From NCBI GenBank assembly GCA_033763455.1, contig JANRKO010000013.1:1-21886 (forward strand): DNA of 21,886 nucleotides, written 5' to 3'. The notes under the pieces are model-generated. The model was not told the DNA's origin. It was given only the letters and a program-made list of their open reading frames with translations, and did not search any database. The stretch's first letter is position 1, and every line of letters begins with the position of its first letter. Of this stretch, positions 1 through 7,535 are shown piece after piece. The stretch comes from Polyangiaceae bacterium. Its GTDB lineage: Bacteria; Myxococcota_A; Polyangia; Polyangiales; Polyangiaceae. The translations under genes were made by a program, and so were the position numbers.

Positions 1-138
1 CACCATTTGGCCAAGACCTGCGCGATGTTTCCTCCGAACGCAATTCCAATAAACACAAACCGAAGAGCCGGATGCGGGAAATTCGCAAGTCCGGTTCTGT
101 AAGGAGCACCGGGTGGCAACACCCGGTGTTTACTTGAT
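1..138 (+). mobile_element. Group II intron, 3' end (domains V and VI); the rest lies upstream of the window
   Basis: 65-97 GAGCCGGATGCGGGAAATTCGCAAGTCCGGTTC folds as D5, with the AGC triad at 66-68, a G-U wobble, a 2-nt bulge at 87-88 and a GAAA-containing loop. 100-136 folds as D6: CACCGGGTG-GCAA-CACCCGGTG stem, with A132 bulged between G103-C133 and G104-U131. The intron ends in AT (AY) at 137-138, with the branch A 7 nt from the end. Confidence 0.9.
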
Positions 139-669
139 GACCCTCTCGAGAGTGGCGGAGATTACGCGAGCACCGCCCTCGTGGTCGAAAATGTGCAGGG
201 TTCCGCGTTGGACCTTCCCATTATTGATGCGAACCTGCGGCGCCGCGTCAAAATCGAAGCCATTGATATCGACGTCGTCGATCACGAAACGGTAGGTACC
301 AACGAAATTGTGCGCGATAGAACGTTAGTCAAGTATTGTTACGTGGATCCGCTATACCCGAAAGACAACGAGAGTGACGCCACGGAATGTGCGGGCGATG
401 AGGTGCAGGGGCGGCTGGAGTGGGCATGTAGCCTGATACCTGGCTCAGGCGGCGCCGTTCGGTTAGGCATCACGCTCTCGATGTATGAAGGGGTTACCTG
501 CTCCACTAAGGGTTCTCCTGACAAGACAGCCTCCGCCGAGCTGATCGTGCAACCCTGCCCCCCATCCGGGTGTGGAAGCGGATTCGACGGCCCCGTTTCG
601 TTGGTAGCAAGTGACGGCGCGAATGAAGTGCGCGTGCTGGTGCGAGCCTCAAACGAGTTGGCGCCATGA
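139..669 (+). CDS. 3' exon / C-terminal part of a Cys-containing hypothetical protein interrupted by the group II intron
   Basis: The frame of ORF 181..669 is open from the intron 3' boundary (GAC CCT CTC GAG... = DPLESGGDYASTALVVENV...). There is no SD before GTG 181. The stop overlaps the next start (ATGA 666-669). Confidence 0.6.
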   Translation, partial: DPLESGGDYASTALVVENVQGSALDLPIIDANLRRRVKIEAIDIDVVDHETVGTNEIVRDRTLVKYCYVDPLYPKDNESDATECAGDEVQGRLEWACSLIPGSGGAVRLGITLSMYEGVTCSTKGSPDKTASAELIVQPCPPSGCGSGFDGPVSLVASDGANEVRVLVRASNELAP

Positions 670-1334
670 GGGCGCTGCGGCTGTGCTGGTCCGCAGCGTT
701 CAGTCTGGTGTGCGTGGCCTGCGCCCCGGAGCCAGGGCCAGTGGTGATGCCGTCGACCTGCGTGAACGGAGTACCTCCGGGCGCCCCGGCTTTCGGAATC
801 ACCCGCTTCACCCACCGCATCCCACCTCTAGCCGGTCATTATCCAGTGCCGCCACAGTTTCACCCCGTGATAGACATCGCCGCACGCGATAGAGTCGGGT
901 TCAGTGCGTGTGGGGTGGGGAGCGACTTGGGTTGGCTGTTGGGGGCTACTCTATGGAATTTGCCACCTGAACGCCCCGTAGTGATCGAGCCCAGTGTCGG
1001 TGGTGTGCCGGAAACAGACCCCAACATGGTGTTCTCGTTACTGCGGTGCACCAATCGAGCCTGTGATGCTGGCTTGGGCCGCGATACCGATACGTCACCC
1101 CTCTACGGCTGTGAGAAGAAGCGTGCGGAAATCCGTGAATACAGTAAAGAGCAAGGCCGCCTGAGTGTGCTCATCACCTTGGAATTCTCCGGCGATATTA
1201 GATCCGAACTGGATCTCGATTTGACCTGGGACCCTGCCCAAGTGCCGCCCAGCAAGTATGATGATCCCGTCGGGGGCGCTGGGGGAATGGGGGGAACGCC
1301 GGGCGCGCCTTCAGCGGGAGCGGGCGGGCGTTAA
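666..1334 (+). CDS. Hypothetical lipoprotein with Gly-rich C-terminal tail
   Basis: Signal peptide with lipobox-like CVAC. Overlaps both neighbours (ATGA 666-669, TAATG 1332-1336). Confidence 0.7.
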   Translation: MRALRLCWSAAFSLVCVACAPEPGPVVMPSTCVNGVPPGAPAFGITRFTHRIPPLAGHYPVPPQFHPVIDIAARDRVGFSACGVGSDLGWLLGATLWNLPPERPVVIEPSVGGVPETDPNMVFSLLRCTNRACDAGLGRDTDTSPLYGCEKKRAEIREYSKEQGRLSVLITLEFSGDIRSELDLDLTWDPAQVPPSKYDDPVGGAGGMGGTPGAPSAGAGGR

Positions 1335-2287
1335 TGAAATGCCGTAATTTTGCCGCGGTAGCTCTGCCTATCGTTGCCATCCTTGCCTGCGGCCAAGGAG
1401 GCCCAAGCTCGGCCTCTGCCACCAACATGAGTGTGCCTACCGCCGGTGATTTCCCCAAGCGCTTCGCAGCTGCCGCTTGCGAAAACGTCGCCAGTTGCTG
1501 CGCCGCCGGCGGGGTGCCATTCAACGACACCGGCTGCCGCTTTACCGCAGAAGGCACACTTACAGGAATCATTGCCGCACGTACCGGCTCTGGGCGTATC
1601 ATTTTGGACCCGGTAGCTGGAGAGGCCTGCCTCAAAGCCTACTCTGCCGCGTTGGCCGGGTGCACGAACGAAGCCGCGGCTGACCTTGTAGAGCCGGCGT
1701 GCAATAAGCTCTTCAAGGGTACTGTTGCTTTGGGTGGCCAGTGCTCAGAAAGTGCCGAGTGTGCGCAAACTGACACTCAGGTGATTCAGTGTGATCAGGG
1801 CCTGTGCAAAGTATATACAGGTCCTTCGTTTGAGGAGCCTCCAACCGCTAAGTTCGGCGAGGCCTGCTCACAATCTTGCGTGATGATCACGCCGCATTAT
1901 CGCTCCTGCGCACAAGCGGGTTCGGTGGGAGGCTCGCCCGGAACCTGTTGGGTGGAGGATGGTCTCACGTGTTCTAACGGATCCTGCGCAAGCGTTCCTA
2001 AGCTGGGAGAGGCTTGCACGTTTTTTTGCGCCACCGGCGCGTATTGCGATCTCGGCAGGTGTGTGCCGCAACGAGAAAGTGGCCCGTGTATCCAGTCAGA
2101 CGCATGCGCTGCCAGCGCCTTTTGTGGCATTACTACTAACGAATGTACCCCCAAGAAGCAAGATCGGACGGCGTGTCAAGAAGACTTTGAGTGTCTCAAT
2201 GGGTATTGCGGGCCTTCGGGGTGCCAAAAATGGACTGCGGCGAATTCCTCCAGCTGCTCAGGCCTTATCAACATTGAGTTCGATTGA
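1334..2287 (+). CDS. Cysteine-rich lipoprotein of myxobacterial type (repeated Cys modules)
   Basis: Signal peptide ending ILAC. 32 Cys in 317 aa, in repeated GxxC/CxxxxxC modules. Confidence 0.85.
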   Translation: MKCRNFAAVALPIVAILACGQGGPSSASATNMSVPTAGDFPKRFAAAACENVASCCAAGGVPFNDTGCRFTAEGTLTGIIAARTGSGRIILDPVAGEACLKAYSAALAGCTNEAAADLVEPACNKLFKGTVALGGQCSESAECAQTDTQVIQCDQGLCKVYTGPSFEEPPTAKFGEACSQSCVMITPHYRSCAQAGSVGGSPGTCWVEDGLTCSNGSCASVPKLGEACTFFCATGAYCDLGRCVPQRESGPCIQSDACAASAFCGITTNECTPKKQDRTACQEDFECLNGYCGPSGCQKWTAANSSSCSGLINIEFD

Positions 2288-2357
2288 GAGTGGTGCTGTC
2301 GTTGCTGAGCGCGTGCGCTCAAGGCTGTGGGCGCTCAGCCCAACCCGCTGCCTACCT

Positions 2358-2577
2358 CACGATACCGTGCAGACCGCCGTCGAAGCCATGAAGGAGGAGC
2401 CACGGATTTCCTGCTCAAGCCGTTCGATCGCGAGGAGGTACTGTTCGTGGCGCGCAAGGCGCTCGCCCGCGCTGAAAGGGGCAACGCTGTACGTTGCCAG
2501 CGGGCGACAGCCTTGGTTTGCTCGGAAAGTCGGAGACGATGAATTCCATGCGCGACCGCATTCGCCGCGCAGCTGAG
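2358..2577 (+). pseudogene. Frameshifted fragment of an NtrC/AtoC-family sigma54-dependent response regulator
   Basis: Spread over three frames: HDTVQTAVEAMK and GATDFLLKPFDREEVLFVARKAL (receiver C-terminal half, conserved KP), then LLGKSETMNSMRDRIRRAA (start of the AAA+ domain). No N-terminus and no AAA+ core. Confidence 0.8.
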
Positions 2578-2579
2578 CA

Positions 2580-3148
2580 TGTAGTTGGCCGCCATCCAGC
2601 GTTCAGATTCTGCCCTCCGCCTCAACGTGCACTTTCACGTGCTCGCTCTCGACGGCGTGTACCTGCGAGCGCCAGAAACAGGCAAGCTCGTCTTCCACTC
2701 CCTACCAACTCCGACCCGTGCGGAGGTCGCAGAGATAGCGACCCGTACGCACGTTCGCCTGAAGCGCATCTTCGAGAAACACGGGCGCTGGCTCGACCCG
2801 CATGCGCACAGCGACGCGGACGCGCACCCGTTGGAGCAAGAAGAGCCCGGCCTCTCTGCTTGCTATGCCGCTGCCGCGCAGGGGGTTGCTGTCTCAGGCG
2901 AGCGGGCAGGCCAGCCCTCTCTCCGCCTCGTTGCTGCACAGTCATTGCCGCCACAGGCCACCTCTACTGCACCGCCTCCCGATGAGCCCGTCGCAGAAGT
3001 CGGCGGCATCAGCCTCTTTGTCAAACAGCGCGTCGACGGCCGCGACCGCCGCCAACTCGAGCGCCTCTGCCGTTACATCACCCGGCCCCCCGTGGCCCAA
3101 GACCGTCTCGAAGAGCGCTCCGATGGCCGCTTCGAGCTCACGCGATGA
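2580..3148 (+). mobile_element. IS91/ISCR-family rolling-circle (HUH) transposase remnant, truncated at both ends
   Basis: AIQRSDSALRLNVHFHVLALDGVY carries the HUH motif, and RQLERLCRYITRPPVAQDRL carries the catalytic Tyr motif. The N-terminal Zn-binding domain is missing, and the ORF stops at FELTR before the usual C-terminal part. Confidence 0.88.
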
Positions 3149-3342
3149 GACCAACAAGGCACGCTCGCTCTTAGCGGAGAAGAGCTTACGGTCGCTAGTA
3201 ATCGCGCCGCGTCTGGCGCTGCACCGCTTCGCCAACTTGATATACCGTGGAGCTGTGCAGACCCCACTGTGGGGATCCTGTCCAAGCCCGCTGCGAAGCC
3301 GGTAACATTCGTAACCTCCGAGATGGGGGGAAGCCAAGCCGT

Positions 3343-3699
3343 TTAGTTCGCGACCCGAGAAACACTGCGGGCGAAACCAAAAAGCGCCTGGCTAATGGGC
3401 GGCATCGCTGCCACCGAAGGTGCCTGGTTGGGGGTGCCGCACTTCTTCAGGCCGGGGCGCTGCGCGGCGATGCTGGACTCTGGGTTCGCCGTGCGCGGGC
3501 TCTGCTGAGGGCGTACCGGAAACTCGGAGAGATCGGAGCGCGGCGTTGTAACGCTTGGTTCGGGGCACAGAGCAGCCTTTAAGAAGTCCTGGCGAGCCTC
3601 GCCCGTGAGGCGTTGGCTGACGCGCAGCGCGAACTCTGGATTGGTGCGAGCTAAGTTAAGGGCTAATTGGGTCGTGCGGGCGGGGCTTCGAGTCGACAT
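3343..3699 (-). CDS. Small hypothetical protein (118 aa), divergent from the Uma2 gene
   Basis: ATG at 3699 (MSTRSPARTTQLALNLARTNPEFALRVSQRL...) is the non-overlapping part of ORF 3343..3897. No recognisable motif. Confidence 0.35.
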   Translation of the reverse strand: MSTRSPARTTQLALNLARTNPEFALRVSQRLTGEARQDFLKAALCPEPSVTTPRSDLSEFPVRPQQSPRTANPESSIAAQRPGLKKCGTPNQAPSVAAMPPISQALFGFARSVSRVAN

Positions 3700-3768
3700 C
3701 GTCGTACCAGGTAATGATACGCCGTGGGCTTGGCCAAGTTTTTCGGGAAATGTGTTAGGCTGAGAGCT

Positions 3769-4335
3769 GTGGTTCACCCCGCTCCCCGCCACAGCTACAC
3801 CTTCAACGAATATCTCGCGCTCGAAGAAGCCGCCAACGTGCGCCACGAGTTCTACAACGGTGAAATCTACGCCGTGGCCGGGGGCACCCCTGAACACGCT
3901 GCCCTTTCAGCAGCCATCGTTTCAGCTCTAGTGCCGCAGCTGCGCAACGGTCCATGCAGGGCGTACACGGCAGATCTGCGCGTTAGCGTGCTCGCCACGG
4001 GCCTCACCACTTACCCACATGTAACGGTAATCTGCGGGCCTCTCGTGCCCCATCCCGCCAACGCATCCACCGCAACGAATCCGAAGGTTGTAGTCGAAGT
4101 CCTGAGTGAGAGCACCGCCGCCTACGATCGTGGAGAAAAGCTTGAAGCCTACAAGCGCATCCCTTCGCTCGACGCGGTACTTCTGTTTTCGCAAAGCTCC
4201 CGCCGCGTAGAATTGCACGAGCGCCAGGGAGATGAATTCCGTACAACCGTCTTGGTTGACGGAGATAATCTGCAGCTCATAAGCGGAAGCGTTCAACTAA
4301 GCCTGAACAACATCTACGAAGACGCAGGCCTCTAA
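3769..4335 (+). CDS. Uma2 (DUF820) family putative PD-(D/E)XK endonuclease
   Basis: Motifs RHEFYNGEIYAVAGGTPEH, YPHVTVICG and VVEVLSESTAAYDRGEK. Start placed at GTG 3769, 7 nt after a TAGGCT -10-like hexamer. Confidence 0.92.
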   Translation: MVHPAPRHSYTFNEYLALEEAANVRHEFYNGEIYAVAGGTPEHAALSAAIVSALVPQLRNGPCRAYTADLRVSVLATGLTTYPHVTVICGPLVPHPANASTATNPKVVVEVLSESTAAYDRGEKLEAYKRIPSLDAVLLFSQSSRRVELHERQGDEFRTTVLVDGDNLQLISGSVQLSLNNIYEDAGL

Positions 4336-4375
4336 CTCCCGCAACTCGCCTACGGCTCTACCCCGCCTGTAAGCT

Positions 4376-6403
4376 CTATCCAGCCTGCAAGCTCGCAAGC
4401 TCCGCTTCCACGGCTTCCCACTCTTGCATGAGCTCGTCTATTTGGAGGTCCAGCTCAGCCTGACGGTAGCCAAGCTTCATTTGCTCATCGAGACTCGTGC
4501 TTTCGTAAAAGCCGGGTGCCGCGAAAGCTTCGCCGATCTTCGCTTTCTCAGCTTCTAGTTTCTCGATCTCCGCCATCAGCCGGTCTCGTTTTTTTGGTAG
4601 CTCGCGAGCCCGATTATTCAGCGGCTTTTGCGGCTTCTTTTCGGGCGCTGCCGTACGGTTCGCGGCGGGGGCTCCTGGCTGGGTAGCGCGTGCGTGCGCC
4701 TTTTGATCACTCGAAGAACCGACCTTTTGATTGTTCGAAGAATCGACCTTGGGTGGCGGCTGAACGGAAGGCGACTCCGTCTTCTTTTTGGCGCGCAGCA
4801 CCACGGCGTTCACGTCGAGGTGATCATCACCGGCCTTCTCAAGGTACTCATCATACGTTCCATTGAAGTTCAGCAAACCATCACGCTTCACTTCGATGAT
4901 GCGCGTCGCCAGCTGGGATACGAAGTGCCTATCGTGAGAAACGAACAACAAGGTTCCAGGGTATTCGCGGAGAGATTCGGTGAGCGCCTCGATCGCCTCC
5001 AAATCCAAGTGGTTGGTCGGCTCATCGAGCACGAGCACGTTGGGCTTTTGAATGGCCAACTTGCCGAAGATTACGCGTGCGGCCTCGCCGCCCGAAAGCG
5101 CTGTCACCGGTTTATCTACATCATCCCCAGAAAATAGCATTCTGCCGAGCTGCCCGCGCACATAGCTCACCGCTTCGGTAGGGCAGGCATCCCACAGAAA
5201 ATTCAGCGGCGTGAGCTTGGGATCATTGAGAAGCTCGTGATGATCTTGAGCAAAATAACCTACGTGCACTTCATGCCCCCACACGGAGGTTCCCGCATCG
5301 TGCGCGAGATTGCCGGTGATGATCTTGAGCAGTGTGGATTTACCCATGCCGTTGGCGCCAATCACGGCAATGCGCTCGCCGCGCCGCACCTCAAAGCCAA
5401 CGCCTTTGAGCACTTGTTTGTCGCCGTAAGCTTTAGCAAGCCCCTCAACTTTCAACACATCGCGCCCACTCGGCCGAGTTTGCTCGAACTTGAACTTGGG
5501 AAAACGCCTCGACGATTGCGCCAGCTCCTCGATTTCAATCTTATCAATCTGCTTGGCACGGCTTTGCGCCTGGCGAGCCTTCGTAGCTTTGGCGCGAAAG
5601 CGCTCTACGAAAGCCTTCTTTTCAGCCAAGAGCTTTTCTTGGCGCGCAATCTCAGTCTCTTTGCGCCCGCGTGTTTCTTCCTTGCGCACGAGGAAAGCAG
5701 TGTAATTCCCCGGGTAATCCATGATGGTTTCGTAATCTACATCCAAGATGCGGGTAGCCACCGAATCCAGAAACCTGCGATCGTGCGAGATAATTACGGC
5801 GCAGCCCGCGAAGCTCTGCAAGAATTTTTCGAGCCAGCGAATCGAAAGAATATCCAAATGGTTCGTCGGCTCATCGAGCAACAGCGCATCTGGCCTCCCG
5901 ACGAGCACTTGCGCCAAAAGCACGCGAAGCTTGAAGCCTCCGGAAAGAACCTTTAACGGTTGATCGAGTAATTCGCTCGCAATGCCCAACCCCTCCAGCG
6001 TTTCCCGCGCACGCGCTTCGAGAGTGTAGCCATCTTCGCGATGCAATAGGTCATTCACGTCGCCCAGCCGTTCGGGGCTGGGATCTGGATCCCGCGCTAA
6101 CGCGTCCAACTCCTGGAGTGCGGCGAAGACAGCCTTATCTCCGCGCATTGCCACATCAACAATCCGCTCGTTATCATCAGCGAACTGATCCTGGCGCAGA
6201 ATGCCCAAGCGCACCTGTTTACCGTACATGATGACGCCGTCGCTGGAGCTCTCGTCATCCGTCAGGATCTTGAGGAAGGTGGTTTTCCCGCTACCGTTGG
6301 CCCCCACCAAGCCATAGCGCTCACCCGGATTGAGCTGCAAAGTAACTTTCTCAAACAGAACCTTGGGGCCAAAGTTCTTGCTGAGCCCGGAGATGTTGAT
6401 CAT
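4376..6403 (-). CDS. ybiT: ABC-F family ribosome-associated ATPase, YbiT-like, with C-terminal coiled-coil extension
   Basis: Two NBDs (GANGSGKT and GANGMGKS, LSGG, DEPTNHLD twice) and no TM segments. YbiT-type motifs RYGLVGANGSGK, LRQDQFA, SSRRFPKFKF and GYFAQDH. Confidence 0.9.
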   Translation of the reverse strand: MINISGLSKNFGPKVLFEKVTLQLNPGERYGLVGANGSGKTTFLKILTDDESSSDGVIMYGKQVRLGILRQDQFADDNERIVDVAMRGDKAVFAALQELDALARDPDPSPERLGDVNDLLHREDGYTLEARARETLEGLGIASELLDQPLKVLSGGFKLRVLLAQVLVGRPDALLLDEPTNHLDILSIRWLEKFLQSFAGCAVIISHDRRFLDSVATRILDVDYETIMDYPGNYTAFLVRKEETRGRKETEIARQEKLLAEKKAFVERFRAKATKARQAQSRAKQIDKIEIEELAQSSRRFPKFKFEQTRPSGRDVLKVEGLAKAYGDKQVLKGVGFEVRRGERIAVIGANGMGKSTLLKIITGNLAHDAGTSVWGHEVHVGYFAQDHHELLNDPKLTPLNFLWDACPTEAVSYVRGQLGRMLFSGDDVDKPVTALSGGEAARVIFGKLAIQKPNVLVLDEPTNHLDLEAIEALTESLREYPGTLLFVSHDRHFVSQLATRIIEVKRDGLLNFNGTYDEYLEKAGDDHLDVNAVVLRAKKKTESPSVQPPPKVDSSNNQKVGSSSDQKAHARATQPGAPAANRTAAPEKKPQKPLNNRARELPKKRDRLMAEIEKLEAEKAKIGEAFAAPGFYESTSLDEQMKLGYRQAELDLQIDELMQEWEAVEAELASLQAG

Positions 6404-6639
6404 GGCGGCCGGGTGCTACGACCACTTGGGAAAGCACGCAAGCTTCCCCCGAGTAAAGGTGCGTTTTTGGGCCCTTCTTGTTTGCTATCAAGTCCGCCTC
6501 GGCGATTAAGGGAGGAACTCAACGCGGTGGCGTTGAACAATGCTGAGCTTCGCGAGCTGCCTCATGGCTAGCAAAGACCCGAACCTCCGTCTTCATTGTC
6601 ATCCGCCTACCTCGACACGGTGATTTGGATCTGCACCAC

Positions 6640-7224
6640 TCATGCTCGCAAGCTTCCCGCCAGTTCGAAGACTCCCTCGTAAATCGAGCTCAACCGAATC
6701 GGGGTTCCGTGAGAAAGCTGAAGTGCGCCGCCCCCTTCGAGCAACCGATAGCTCCAAGATCCATCCGGCATCCTCTGGTAGTGTTCGAGACGTTCTGCAT
6801 CTTGCGATACCAGTACAAAGTCCTTCACCGACACAAGGCGTTGATAGCTATCCCATTTGATTCCGCGATCATATTCCGCGGTGCTCGGTGATAGAACTTC
6901 AACGAGCACGCTGGGATTGGTGACGACATCTGCGGTGCCTGCTAGCAATTCAAGTGTTCCGCACACCGCGCTCGCATCCGCGTAGACGAAGTGGCTCTCA
7001 TCCCTGGCCGAGATACGTTGGTCAGAGGAAAGCACTGTGCAGCCAGTGCCCCGAAGAGCAATTCGAAGCTCTCCCAGAATCGCTGCACACAATGCGTTGT
7101 GGCGCGGGCTGCCGCCGGCCATCGCAAACACCTCACCGCGATAATATTCGTGGCGTTCCTTCTGGTCCCTTTCCCATTCGAGGAAAGATCGCGCATTCAT
7201 GCTGGGAGCGGCGGATGCCCTCAT
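6640..7224 (-). CDS. Uma2 (DUF820) family putative endonuclease, second paralog
   Basis: Motifs RHEYYRGEVFAMAGGSPRHNAL, YADASAVCG and LVEVLSPSTAEYDRGIK. Confidence 0.92.
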   Translation of the reverse strand: MRASAAPSMNARSFLEWERDQKERHEYYRGEVFAMAGGSPRHNALCAAILGELRIALRGTGCTVLSSDQRISARDESHFVYADASAVCGTLELLAGTADVVTNPSVLVEVLSPSTAEYDRGIKWDSYQRLVSVKDFVLVSQDAERLEHYQRMPDGSWSYRLLEGGGALQLSHGTPIRLSSIYEGVFELAGSLRA

Positions 7225-7505
7225 GGTGCGGCTACTTTACGCTCGCACCTGGCCAAACGCACGTGGAGGCGCTTCAGCCGCCCAGAAACAGCAAGAGGAG
7301 CGAGTCATTTCGGACTCACCGTCTCGTGCCAACACCTCCGATCCCTGGGCGACCGTACTGGAGCGTGGCTCGCGTGGCACCGTGCGTAGCCGCTGTTTGC
7401 TGTGCTGATCCGATGCAGATCGGTAAGCGATCCTTTGGATCGCGCATGACTTCGATGTCGCATCGGTGGGGATTTCCGTCGCATTTACCGCGCGCTCACG
7501 TGGGG

Positions 7506-7521
7506 TGGCACGCGCTTTGCT
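7506..7521 (+). promoter_or_regulatory. Sigma54 (-24/-12) promoter of the downstream lipoprotein gene
   Basis: TGGCACG-CGCT-TTGCT is an exact match to TGGCACG-N4-TTGCW. GG is at 7507-7508 and GC at 7519-7520, about 15 nt before ATG 7536. Confidence 0.8.
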
Positions 7522-7535
7522 GATGCGTGCGGCAC

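Noticed and set aside
2..52. Open frame TIWPRPARCFLRTQFQ* ending just before D5, possibly the tail of the intron-encoded protein
   Set aside because: The position fits, but 16 codons carry no diagnostic motif and the other two frames are also open here.
107..131. GCAA-loop hairpin plus T run read as an intrinsic terminator
   Set aside because: Better explained as D6 of the group II intron, given the adjacent D5 and the bulged A.
2304..2339. Alternative inverted repeats (GCTGAGCGC/GCGCTCAGC) after the Cys-rich gene
   Set aside because: No U tract, and short GC-rich stems are common by chance.
6511..6571. GGAGG followed by a 14-aa mini-ORF (GTG 6527)
   Set aside because: The 11-nt SD spacing is long, and there is no motif or independent support.
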